The position numbers were made by a program, and so were the translations under genes. The notes beneath the pieces are model-generated. The model had not been told where the DNA came from and searched no databases. It saw only the letters and a program-made list of their open reading frames with translations. From NCBI GenBank assembly GCA_963718665.1, contig OY970359.1, positions 1,568,001-1,632,000 of the forward strand: 64,000 nt of DNA. The letters run 5' to 3'. Of the stretch, positions 1 to 8,100 are shown piece after piece; position 1 is the first letter of the stretch; every line of letters begins with the position of its first letter. Source of the DNA: an uncultured Phycisphaerales bacterium. GTDB lineage: Bacteria > Planctomycetota > Phycisphaerae > Sedimentisphaerales > Anaerobacaceae.

Positions 1-2
1 GG

Positions 3-344
3 AAGAACGGCGAGAGCAAGAACGATTACTTCGGCATAAAGTATGAGTTCCCCAAAGGCATAATTCACACCTTCTACCCCGATTATTTAGTTCAGTTTGC
101 TGATGGTAGAATAGGCATCTTTGAAACAAAAGACCAACGGGATCAAGACGGCAGCACTTTTACCAAAGCCAAAGCCGAAAGATTGCAGGCCTACATCAAG
201 GAGCATAACAAAAAAGGCAGAATACTCTTTGGCGGTATTGCGATTCAGGTCAACCGTATCTGGCGAATAAATCAGAATCCGGTCTATGATTGGGACAAAT
301 GCCTTCACAATGATTGGTCCGATTGGTCCGACCTGATAATATAA
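3..344 (+). CDS. 3' end (partial) of a type III restriction-like Res subunit, PD-(D/E)XK nuclease domain
   Basis: Own translation of frame 3: KNGESKNDYFGIKYEFPKGIIHTFYPDYLVQFADGRIGIFETKD...DWSDLII*. The FYPD...FETK motif is typical of Res C-termini. Not in the ORF track because the start lies outside the window. Confidence 0.7.
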   Translation, partial: KNGESKNDYFGIKYEFPKGIIHTFYPDYLVQFADGRIGIFETKDQRDQDGSTFTKAKAERLQAYIKEHNKKGRILFGGIAIQVNRIWRINQNPVYDWDKCLHNDWSDWSDLII

Positions 345-484
345 AAATTAATCAAAACTCCCAATCCCTAAAATAAGTCCCGATTTTTTTGAAACATCCG
401 CATCCCCAAATCGACATTCGGCAATCGACAATAAAAACTTCCCCAAACCCCGTCTTTCGTCAATAATCGCTTTTCCCTGCCTCC

Positions 485-508
485 CGCCGTTTGGCGTCCC
501 TCACGGGA
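485..508. repeat. 24-nt double-hairpin mini-element, copy 1
   Basis: cgcc-gttt-ggcg-tccc-tcac-ggga; near-identical copy at 8037-8060. Confidence 0.7.
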
Positions 509-530
509 GGCGGTATCCTAAATTACGATA

Positions 531-590
531 TACTAAACTAACGACTAAATACTAACAACTATCGACTAAACACCAACGACTAACGACGAG
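531..590. repeat. Degenerate heptamer tandem array (ACTAACG-like)
   Basis: tactaaa ctaacga ctaaata ctaacaa ctatcga ctaaaca ccaacga ctaacga. Confidence 0.75.
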
Positions 591-603
591 TTAAATCCGT
601 GTG

Positions 604-747
604 TTTTGCTCGGCTTATACAAAGAAGCCCGTTTTTTCGGGTTTCTGCGGACAAGGCAAAAGGGTATCGCAGATGCTCGTATCGAGAATACTCTTAGCCG
701 CAGAACGTTTACCCGCCGTGCTCTTTGGCGGGCCAAGCCGAGCAAAA
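604..747. mobile_element. MITE-like element, 144 bp, 13-bp perfect terminal inverted repeats
   Basis: TTTTGCTCGGCTT (604-616) and AAGCCGAGCAAAA (735-747); nested internal IRs ttctgcgg/ccgcagaa and cccgcc/ggcggg. Confidence 0.6.
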
Positions 748-769
748 GCAGTGTTAATCAGTGTCTAAG

Positions 770-875
770 CAGTCAGCTTTATAAAAGGGCGATTAGCCCT
801 TGTGGATGAAGGCGGGTGGCAAGCACACAAACAACGTTTGGAGCATTGCCTCCGCCAAAAACACAAAGCTGACTG
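770..875. mobile_element. MITE-like element, 106 bp, 11-bp perfect terminal inverted repeats
   Basis: CAGTCAGCTTT (770-780) and AAAGCTGACTG (865-875); internal hairpins aagggc/gccctt and ggcgg-tggcaa/ttgcc-tccgcc. Confidence 0.6.
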
Positions 876-876
876 T

Positions 877-1046
877 CCTCTGTGCTCTCTGTGTCCTCGG
901 TGGCTAAAAAACCGTGAAACCTGTGTAATCTGTGGCTAACAAAAAAACAGCGTTATTTTGCGTTAATCAGCGTCTGAAAAAAAACTCTGCGGTCTCTGCG
1001 TTCTCCGCGGTAAAAAAACAGTGAAATCTGTGTAATCCGTGGTTAT
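877..1046. repeat. Stack of five 9-10-nt-period three-unit arms separated by A-runs
   Basis: ctctgtgct-ctctgtgtc-ctcggtggc; ccgtgaaa-cctgtgtaa-tctgtggc; cagcgttatt-ttgcgttaat-cagcgtc; ctctgcggt-ctctgcgtt-ctccgcggt; cagtgaaa-tctgtgtaa-tccgtggt. Confidence 0.8.
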
Positions 1047-1167
1047 GAATTCCTTTGAATTTCGCATAAGAGGGCGTTATACTACCAACTTTTGAACGGT
1101 TGGCCCCTTGGGGGGTTTTTCCCGAATAAGCAGCAATGAACATATATAACGGAATAAGGAGAACAGT

Positions 1168-2112
1168 ATGCCATTGGTAACGACGAAAAAGATGTTTGAG
1201 ATGGCCTATAAACACGGCTACGCCGTCGGGGCGTTCAACGTCAACAACATGGAAATCACGCAGGGTATCATCGAGGCGGTAGCCGAAGAGAAGGCACCGC
1301 TGATTCTGCAGGTGTCAAAAGGCGCCCGCGAATACGCCAGCAACAGCTATCTTACCGCGATAATGAATGTGGCGGTGAAGGAAAACCCCGATATTCCAAT
1401 CGCGACGCACCTTGACCACGGCGACAACTTCGAGACGTGCAAGCAGTTCGTCGATGACGGGTTTACATCGGTGATGATAGACGCATCGAAATACCCCTTC
1501 GAAGAGAACATCAGGATGACCAAGGAAGTAGTTGAATATGCCCACAAACACGGGGTAGTGGTGGAGGCGGAACTTGGGCAGCTTGGCGGTATCGAAGAAC
1601 ATGTCGTTGGCGTGGATGACGTCGAAAAGCACCTGACAGACCCCAAGCAGGCGGTCGAATTCGTCGGAAAGACAGGCGTTGACTCATTAGCCGTAGCGGT
1701 AGGAACCAGCCACGGGGCATATAAGTTCAAAAGTGTGCCGAAGCTGGCGATTGGCCGTATAAAAGAAATACAGAGATTAATACCGGGTTTCCCGCTGGTG
1801 ATGCACGGGTCGAGCACCGTTTTGAAGGAATTTGTTGACCTGATTAACAAATACGGCGGCAAGATGCCGAACGCAATGGGCGTGCCTGAAGCAGCAATAA
1901 CCGAGGCCTCTAAACTTGCCGTCTGTAAAGTGAATATCGATACGGATTTAAGAATGGCGATGACGGCGAAGATTCGTCAGGTGTTCGCGGAGAAGCCAAG
2001 CGAGTTTGACCCGAGGAAGTATTTGGGGCCGGCCAGGGACGCTATAAAGGCGATGGTAAAGCACAAACTGCACGTTCTGGGATGCGCTGGCAAGGCGGCA
2101 GAGTGCCTGTAA
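1168..2112 (+). CDS. fba: Class II fructose-1,6-bisphosphate aldolase
   Basis: GAFNVNNME, HLDHG, VEAELG, GTSHGAYK, LVMHGSS, KVNIDTD motifs; RBS AAGGAG. Confidence 0.96.
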   Translation: MPLVTTKKMFEMAYKHGYAVGAFNVNNMEITQGIIEAVAEEKAPLILQVSKGAREYASNSYLTAIMNVAVKENPDIPIATHLDHGDNFETCKQFVDDGFTSVMIDASKYPFEENIRMTKEVVEYAHKHGVVVEAELGQLGGIEEHVVGVDDVEKHLTDPKQAVEFVGKTGVDSLAVAVGTSHGAYKFKSVPKLAIGRIKEIQRLIPGFPLVMHGSSTVLKEFVDLINKYGGKMPNAMGVPEAAITEASKLAVCKVNIDTDLRMAMTAKIRQVFAEKPSEFDPRKYLGPARDAIKAMVKHKLHVLGCAGKAAECL

Positions 2113-2138
2113 AGTATTTTCGATTTACGCTTTGCGAA

Positions 2139-2212
2139 TGGGTCCCCTGTTGCGGAACCAAACCCCTGCCTACGACTTGCAGGGGCAAGGAAGCTGTTTG
2201 GCGGGGATGACG
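2139..2212. repeat. CGTC-type REP-like palindrome with a nested CCCCTGC...GCAGGGGCAAG element
   Basis: Outer tgggtcccc...gcggggatgacg; inner 2163-2189; same architecture at 12427-12486. Confidence 0.6.
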
Positions 2213-2350
2213 CAAGGCGTCAATTTATGATTGACGGTGCGGGCTCTGCGCTCCGCTACGTGTGCGATTGATGATTGATTATTAAAATGGGTGTCTGTTG
2301 ATTTTAAGGCGTAGGTCAGGACGCCCATTTAGCTATTGAAAGAATAAATA

Positions 2351-4744
2351 ATGCGGATGAATCGCGGGTTTTGGATAAGGTCGCGGGTTTTATGGCCCGT
2401 GATGATGATTGGGTTTTGCGCTGCGGCGATATGCCTGTGGGCTGCGCCGCACGGAATCGAGATAAACCGTCCGGCGGAAGTTGCTGACCCGTGCGTAATT
2501 GCATCTCCGCCGGCTGATTTCAACAGCGAGCGAGGGGTTGTCGACCAGGTAAGCGGGCTAATCGAGGAGGGTAAGTTCGACGAGGCGGGCAGGTGCATAA
2601 ATGAATCCGGCTGGTTAAAAAAGGGGTCAAAACAGGTCTCGGATTTGAATGATATAGTGGCACAGTGGCAGCAGATGCAGAAGGGCAGGCAGGCGCAGAA
2701 AGAGGCGGCGTATAAGGAGGAATTAGCAAAGTTTGAGCGGCTGATTTCGCCCCGCGGCGTCGGGAAGAAAGGCACTGACGGCAATGATGTAAATGACTCG
2801 AATGAGCCGAATGGGCCGACTGCGGTACTTGCGGCAGCAGTTCGGACGATGGAGTTCGCGGACGAAAACCAGAAGCAGAGGTTGTTGAATGAGCCGTGTT
2901 TGCTGGACGCGATTGTAAAGGCCAAAGCGGACGCTACGGGATATGAGCGGAAGGGCAAGTGGCTTGACGCGTATGTAACATGTTATAGCTGGCTTACCGC
3001 TCTTGAGCCGAACAACAAGGCATATTCGGATTACACGGAGCAATTGATAACCAAGGCGGAGATAGCCGGTTCGTTCCAGGACAGTCCCTGCGAGACGGGC
3101 AAGCAGCGGCTGGAGGGCGTAAAGAGGCGGATATTTGTGCGTGCGGTTGACGAGCTGAGTTTCCGTTACATAAGCAAGATCGACTACCGTGAAATGGCGT
3201 CTAAAGGGGTTCGGCGATGCAAATTGCTTGCGGATGTGGTAGGGACACTGACCTCGTTGCGGGATACGAACACAGCCGGGACAGCATCGGCTGCCCCGTC
3301 CGGAACACTAATCCCCGACACTGAAGGCGACACCGATATTATTGAAGAGCGCAAAGCCGAGCCGAATAACCGGATGGCGGCGCTGGGAGAGAGTTTCAAG
3401 GATTTTAAGCCCGATACCAACGCGATAGCGGCGTTTGGTTTGGCGATGGTTTCGCTGGAAAATGAAATAAACAGCTGGCCCGAGGATGGGAGCAAAGACA
3501 GCTTTATATCGTCATTCGAGAAGGTTTTGGAGCTAAACCTGACGACCGCCGGGATGCCCGAGGGGGTTGTAATCGCTCAGTTTTCAGAGGCGTCATTTTT
3601 GACGCTTGATCCTTATACGGTCCTGGTCTGGCCGAGAGACGTTTCGGAATTTGAACAGCAGATGACGAATGAATTTCCCGGGATAGGCGTAGAAATATCG
3701 AGGCAAAACGGACAGCTTACGATTGGGAGTTTGCTGCCTGATACCCCCGCGTATAGCTCGGGGCTTGACGTTGGAGACGTTATAGAAAAGATTGACGGGA
3801 TGCCTACGAAGGATGTGCCGCTTTCGTGCGTGGTCAGTCGTATAAAAGGGCCGGCGGGGACTAAAGTAACACTGACGATTCGCCGCAACGGCAAAGACAA
3901 GACGCGTGATATAACACTGACTCGCGCCAAGATTGTGGTTCCTACGCTTATGGGGTTGCAGAGGACCGGCGAAGGCAAATGGCTGCGGATGATTGATGAG
4001 CAGAACAAGATAGGGTACATTCGACTGACGAGTTTTGCGGAAACGACGGCCAGCGATACTGAAGCGGCGTTGAAGTCGCTGGAGTCGGCCGGTATGCGGG
4101 GATTGATACTGGATTTACGGTTCAATCCGGGTGGATATTTCGACAGCGCCGTTGCGGTGGCTGATGAATTTCTGGATGACGGTTTGATAGTGATAACGCG
4201 GTCGCGGTTCGGGACGCCGGATTACAAGACGGCTCGCAGCAGGGGGACGCATCCGAATTACCCGATGGTGGTGCTGATAAACGCCGGCTCGGCGAGCGCG
4301 TCGGAGATAGTCGCGGGCGCTCTTGCGGACCCGTCGCACAAGCGGGCGACACTGGTCGGAGAACGGACGCATGGCAAAGGTGTTGTGCAGGGGATATCGA
4401 CATATCCGGGCGAGGGCTCGCAGTTGAAATACACGATGGCAAACTGGTATCTGCCTTCGGGTCAGAAGATAAAAAGCCAGGAAGAGGCGAAAAAAGAGAA
4501 TAAGAGCGACTGGGGCGTTGGGCCGGATGTCGCGGTGTCGCTGCGAAGTGATGAGTTTCGCAAGATGTTCGAGCTGCAGCGAGACAACGACGTGCTTGTG
4601 AACGCGGGGCACGACGACGCCAATTCGCCTTTGAAGAAACACACAATTTCACAGACCGTCGAGGTTGACCCGCAGTTAACGACAGCGATACTGGTGGTCA
4701 AGAGCAAGCTTATAAGAGAACAGGCAGACGCAAATAAAAAGTAA
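2351..4744 (+). CDS. ctpA: S41 family carboxyl-terminal processing protease with PDZ domain and long N-terminal extension
   Basis: GIGVEI PDZ loop, ILDLRFNPGG, SASASEIVAGAL, GERTHGKG; N-terminal signal/TM. Confidence 0.9.
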   Translation: MRMNRGFWIRSRVLWPVMMIGFCAAAICLWAAPHGIEINRPAEVADPCVIASPPADFNSERGVVDQVSGLIEEGKFDEAGRCINESGWLKKGSKQVSDLNDIVAQWQQMQKGRQAQKEAAYKEELAKFERLISPRGVGKKGTDGNDVNDSNEPNGPTAVLAAAVRTMEFADENQKQRLLNEPCLLDAIVKAKADATGYERKGKWLDAYVTCYSWLTALEPNNKAYSDYTEQLITKAEIAGSFQDSPCETGKQRLEGVKRRIFVRAVDELSFRYISKIDYREMASKGVRRCKLLADVVGTLTSLRDTNTAGTASAAPSGTLIPDTEGDTDIIEERKAEPNNRMAALGESFKDFKPDTNAIAAFGLAMVSLENEINSWPEDGSKDSFISSFEKVLELNLTTAGMPEGVVIAQFSEASFLTLDPYTVLVWPRDVSEFEQQMTNEFPGIGVEISRQNGQLTIGSLLPDTPAYSSGLDVGDVIEKIDGMPTKDVPLSCVVSRIKGPAGTKVTLTIRRNGKDKTRDITLTRAKIVVPTLMGLQRTGEGKWLRMIDEQNKIGYIRLTSFAETTASDTEAALKSLESAGMRGLILDLRFNPGGYFDSAVAVADEFLDDGLIVITRSRFGTPDYKTARSRGTHPNYPMVVLINAGSASASEIVAGALADPSHKRATLVGERTHGKGVVQGISTYPGEGSQLKYTMANWYLPSGQKIKSQEEAKKENKSDWGVGPDVAVSLRSDEFRKMFELQRDNDVLVNAGHDDANSPLKKHTISQTVEVDPQLTTAILVVKSKLIREQADANKK

Positions 4745-4777
4745 TAAGCAAAAAGGAAAAAGTAAAAAGCGGAAGAC

Positions 4778-4806
4778 CCTGCTTCGCTAAAGCTACGCCG
4801 GGCAGG
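4778..4806. repeat. Mini palindromic element (CCTGCTTCGCTAAAGCTACG...GGGCAGG type)
   Basis: Related copy at 30747-30782; sits within purine-rich heptamer runs upstream of lysS. Confidence 0.6.
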
Positions 4807-4823
4807 CAGAAGACGGAAGAAAC

Positions 4824-6296
4824 ATGGAAAATCGAGTATCGAATATTGAACAGGCCCGAGAGGGAAAGTTACGCGCGATAAGAGAAATGGGTATTGACCC
4901 ATACGGCGGCAGGTACGATTGCGCAGAGCCGGCGGCGGATACCAAGGCGCGATATAAAGACCAGAAGACAGAAGACGGAGGACAGAAGACAGAGGACGAA
5001 CAACAAAGGGCGAGGTGTGCAGGCAGAATAGTGCTGTTAAGAGATATCGGGAAACTCATATTTATTACATTGAGGGACAGCTCAGGCCCAATACAGGTTG
5101 GTTTGAGCAAAAGCTTGCTGGATTCGAAGTGGAGCTTTGTGAAGCTGCTTGAGCTTGGGGACATTATCGGGGCGTCGGGCGGCCTGGGCAAGACGAAGAC
5201 GGGCGAGATAACGATATGGGCGGACGAGGTTGTGCTGCTGAGCAAGTCGCTGATGCAGCCGCCGGAGAAGTGGCACGGTCTTGCGGACATAGATTTGCGA
5301 TACAGGCAGCGATACGTTGACCTGTGGGCGAACCCTGATGTGATGGAGCTGTTCAGGAAGCGAATCGCGATATTGCGGACGGTGAGGGAGTATTTGACGG
5401 GCCGCGGGTTTATGGAAGTCGAGACGCCGATGATGCAGACGATAGCGGGCGGCGCGGCGGCGAAGCCATTTATAACGCATCATAATTCGCTTGATATGGA
5501 TTTATACTTGAGGATTGCGCCGGAGCTGTTTTTGAAACGGCTGCTTGTGGGCGGGATGGAGAAGGTTTTCGAGATAAACCGCAACTTCCGCAACGAGGGG
5601 CTGAGCACGAGGCATAACCCGGAATTTACGATGCTGGAATTGTACCAGGCGTACGCCGACTACAATATTATGATGGATTTGACGGAAGAACTGATTTGTC
5701 TTCTGGTGGAGAAATACTGCAAAGACAACAAGACGATGTTCGGCGAAAAGAGCGTTGATTTTGCGCGGCCGTGGAAGCGGGCGAAATACGCGGAGCTTTT
5801 GAAGGAATACGCCGGATGCGATATTGCGGATATCGGCGGTATTCGCAAAAAGGCGGAGTTGTTGAAGATTGACCATAAGAATATGGACGACGCGGTGGTA
5901 ATCAACGAGGTTTTCGAGCAGACGGTTGAGGAGCATTTGACCAACCCGACGTTTGTGATTGATTACCCGGCGGCGCTGTGTCCCCTGACGAAGCGGAAGA
6001 AAGGGCAGCCCGAGGTTGCGGAGCGATTCGAGATGTATATTGCGGGGATGGAATTGGCCAACGCCTATACGGAGCTGAACGACCCGGCGGTGCAGGAGGA
6101 AAATTTCCGGCAGCAGCTTCGGGGACAAAAAGAGACGATGGCGACGATGGACCATGATTTTGTGACTGCGTTGAGGTACGGGATGCCGCCCGCCGGCGGT
6201 CTGGGAATCGGTATAGACCGGCTTGTAATGATATTGACCGGCGCGACGAGCATCAGGGACGTTGTGCTGTTTCCCCTTTTAAAGCCGACAAAATAG
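4824..6296 (+). CDS. lysS: Lysyl-tRNA synthetase, class II
   Basis: RYRQRYVDL, GGAAAKPFITHHN, FRNEG, HNPEF, GLGIGIDRL. Confidence 0.97.
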   Translation: MENRVSNIEQAREGKLRAIREMGIDPYGGRYDCAEPAADTKARYKDQKTEDGGQKTEDEQQRARCAGRIVLLRDIGKLIFITLRDSSGPIQVGLSKSLLDSKWSFVKLLELGDIIGASGGLGKTKTGEITIWADEVVLLSKSLMQPPEKWHGLADIDLRYRQRYVDLWANPDVMELFRKRIAILRTVREYLTGRGFMEVETPMMQTIAGGAAAKPFITHHNSLDMDLYLRIAPELFLKRLLVGGMEKVFEINRNFRNEGLSTRHNPEFTMLELYQAYADYNIMMDLTEELICLLVEKYCKDNKTMFGEKSVDFARPWKRAKYAELLKEYAGCDIADIGGIRKKAELLKIDHKNMDDAVVINEVFEQTVEEHLTNPTFVIDYPAALCPLTKRKKGQPEVAERFEMYIAGMELANAYTELNDPAVQEENFRQQLRGQKETMATMDHDFVTALRYGMPPAGGLGIGIDRLVMILTGATSIRDVVLFPLLKPTK

Positions 6297-6303
6297 TGAA
6301 CTC

Positions 6304-6330
6304 ACCGCAGAGACCGCTGAGCACGCAGAG
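6304..6330. repeat. Left arm of 9-nt-period element
   Basis: accgcagag accgctgag cacgcagag. Confidence 0.8.
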
Positions 6331-6367
6331 AATAAAGTAGTAAGAGTCAAAAGCGGGAGGTGCCGAC

Positions 6368-7198
6368 ATGTCAAAATTGTTGGTGATTGACAAAAGTGTT
6401 TTTCATAAAAGTGTTCTTCATAAAGATTTCGCGGAGCAAATCTTTGAGTTTGTCCAAAACCATAAAGTTGTTTTTCCTCATGCCTTGATCGCTGAATGCT
6501 TGATGAGCGAAAATAAGTCGGTAGATTTACTCCGAAGATTTGTTGAATGCGTTAAGTGCGGTGGAGTAATAGGATGGGGTTCGCCGAGTATTTTTCAGCA
6601 TGAAAAACAATCGCATAATCCTACGGTTAGCATCATTAATGAACATGAAACCCAGAAGGCGAGGGAAAGTAATTTGTGTACAGACGAGGGACTTTTAAAA
6701 AGTGAGGCCCGGTTATGCCAACAGCATTATAAACCTCATATTGATTGGTTGCGCAAAATTTCTAAGGCATTCTTCAGTAACGTTAAGACAAAGAAATTAA
6801 TACAAAGATTCATCGGAGAATCTCCTAATAATTGCCAGTTGAGGCGTCTTAAAGATTATGTTGACGCAGTGGATACGTCAAAGTCGAAATTCCTTAGTCA
6901 TTTCGTACCCTATTTGAGTCAGCATACTGAGTTGGATTGGTTTACATGGCACTTGATAAGACTTCATTTTGCTTGGGGTTTGGAGTGGACTTGCAAAAGA
7001 GTGGCAAGCGGGGTGTCATTTGAACGGTTTGACATTTCAAACGATTTTTGGGATATAGAGTATGTCGTATCTTTGTCTCGTGCTGATGGGCTGTTGTCGG
7101 CTGACAGTAGATTGGTCAGACCGTTGGCCAAATCTGCTTATCCTGAAAAAGATGTATTTTCCTGTCTTGAGGAGGTGACGGAAGATTATCGGTGCTAA
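6368..7198 (+). CDS. Hypothetical protein, probable PIN-like nuclease fold
   Basis: N-terminal LVIDKSVF and C-terminal NDFWD...LLSAD acidic pattern; GGGAGG RBS; AT-richer than neighbours. Confidence 0.55.
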   Translation: MSKLLVIDKSVFHKSVLHKDFAEQIFEFVQNHKVVFPHALIAECLMSENKSVDLLRRFVECVKCGGVIGWGSPSIFQHEKQSHNPTVSIINEHETQKARESNLCTDEGLLKSEARLCQQHYKPHIDWLRKISKAFFSNVKTKKLIQRFIGESPNNCQLRRLKDYVDAVDTSKSKFLSHFVPYLSQHTELDWFTWHLIRLHFAWGLEWTCKRVASGVSFERFDISNDFWDIEYVVSLSRADGLLSADSRLVRPLAKSAYPEKDVFSCLEEVTEDYRC

Positions 7199-7217
7199 AG
7201 GCGGATTTTTTTAATTT

Positions 7218-7263
7218 CTCTGTGGTCTCTGTGTGCTCTGTGGCTTAAAATAATCTCTGTGGC
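7218..7263. repeat. Right arm of 9-nt-period element plus one extra unit
   Basis: ctctgtggt ctctgtgtg ctctgtggc ... ctctgtggc. Confidence 0.8.
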
Positions 7264-7269
7264 GGAAAA

Positions 7270-7590
7270 ATGGTAGCGATTAATGAGATAGAACTGTTTG
7301 GTAGGCGGATCGGCGAGGAGTTTGGGGCCGAGAAGGTGATTTTGTTTGGCTCATACGCACAGGGCACGGCCAAACAGGATTCGGATGTTGACCTGCTTAT
7401 AGTCGCTTCATTTGAGGGCAGAAGCGTAGATAAGTCGGTTGAAATCCGGCTCAAACTTCGACCATCGTTTCCCGTTGACCTGCTTGTTCGCACGCCCGAA
7501 AAGATACGTCAGCGTTTAGAGATTGGCGACCAGTTCATAAAAGACATTCTCAAGTGTGGGAAGGTTCTCTATGAAGCCGACAACCTCTGA
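7270..7590 (+). CDS. Minimal nucleotidyltransferase (MNT antitoxin)
   Basis: VILFGSYAQG...DSDVDLLIV motif. Confidence 0.9.
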   Translation: MVAINEIELFGRRIGEEFGAEKVILFGSYAQGTAKQDSDVDLLIVASFEGRSVDKSVEIRLKLRPSFPVDLLVRTPEKIRQRLEIGDQFIKDILKCGKVLYEADNL

Positions 7591-7957
7591 ATGGATTGAA
7601 AAGGCGGAAGGCGACTTTGCGACAATGCAGCGGGAGTCCCGCGCAAGGAAGAATCCCAACTATGACGCAATTTGTTTTCACGCCCAGCAATGTGCGGAGA
7701 AATATCTTAAAGCGCGATTGGCTGAAGCGGACATCTCTTTTGGCAAAGTTCACGACCTCGTAGCGTTACTTAACCAGGTATTAGTTATTCAGCCGGATTG
7801 GGAGGTTTTCCGTGAAGATTTGGCTTATCTTTCTGATTTTGCAGTGAGTTTTCGCTATCCAGGTGAGTCGGCCAATAAGGAATCTGCTCTCGATGCTGTT
7901 AGGAGATGCCGGTTCTTCAGAAAGATTGCTCGCAGTGTTCTTGGTTTGCCGACATAG
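7571..7957 (+). CDS. HEPN domain protein (partner of MNT)
   Basis: WIEKAEGD, ICFHAQQCAEKYLKA, HDL, RYPG; overlaps the MNT stop. Confidence 0.9.
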   Translation: MKPTTSEWIEKAEGDFATMQRESRARKNPNYDAICFHAQQCAEKYLKARLAEADISFGKVHDLVALLNQVLVIQPDWEVFREDLAYLSDFAVSFRYPGESANKESALDAVRRCRFFRKIARSVLGLPT

Positions 7958-8023
7958 ATACGAATATTGTTATTCGACAACGATTAGTGGTATATTACGG
8001 CCAAATAGTAGTTTTATTGATTT

Positions 8024-8091
8024 CTCTGTGTCCTCTTGCCGAAAGGCGTCCCTTACGGGAGTGGCTAAAAAAAATTGTTATTCTCTGTGGC
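8024..8091. repeat. Right arm of 9-nt-period element interrupted by the 24-nt double-hairpin element (8037-8060)
   Basis: ctctgtgtc ctct[tgccgaaaggcgtcccttacggga]gtggct ... ctctgtggc. Confidence 0.75.
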
Positions 8092-8100
8092 TAAAATAAG

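Noticed and set aside
606..809. 67-aa ORF in the first intergenic region
   Set aside because: Lies on MITE-like palindromes; no RBS or recognisable motif.
877..1046. CRISPR array
   Set aside because: Units are degenerate and internally periodic, there are no unique equal-length spacers, and no cas genes are present.
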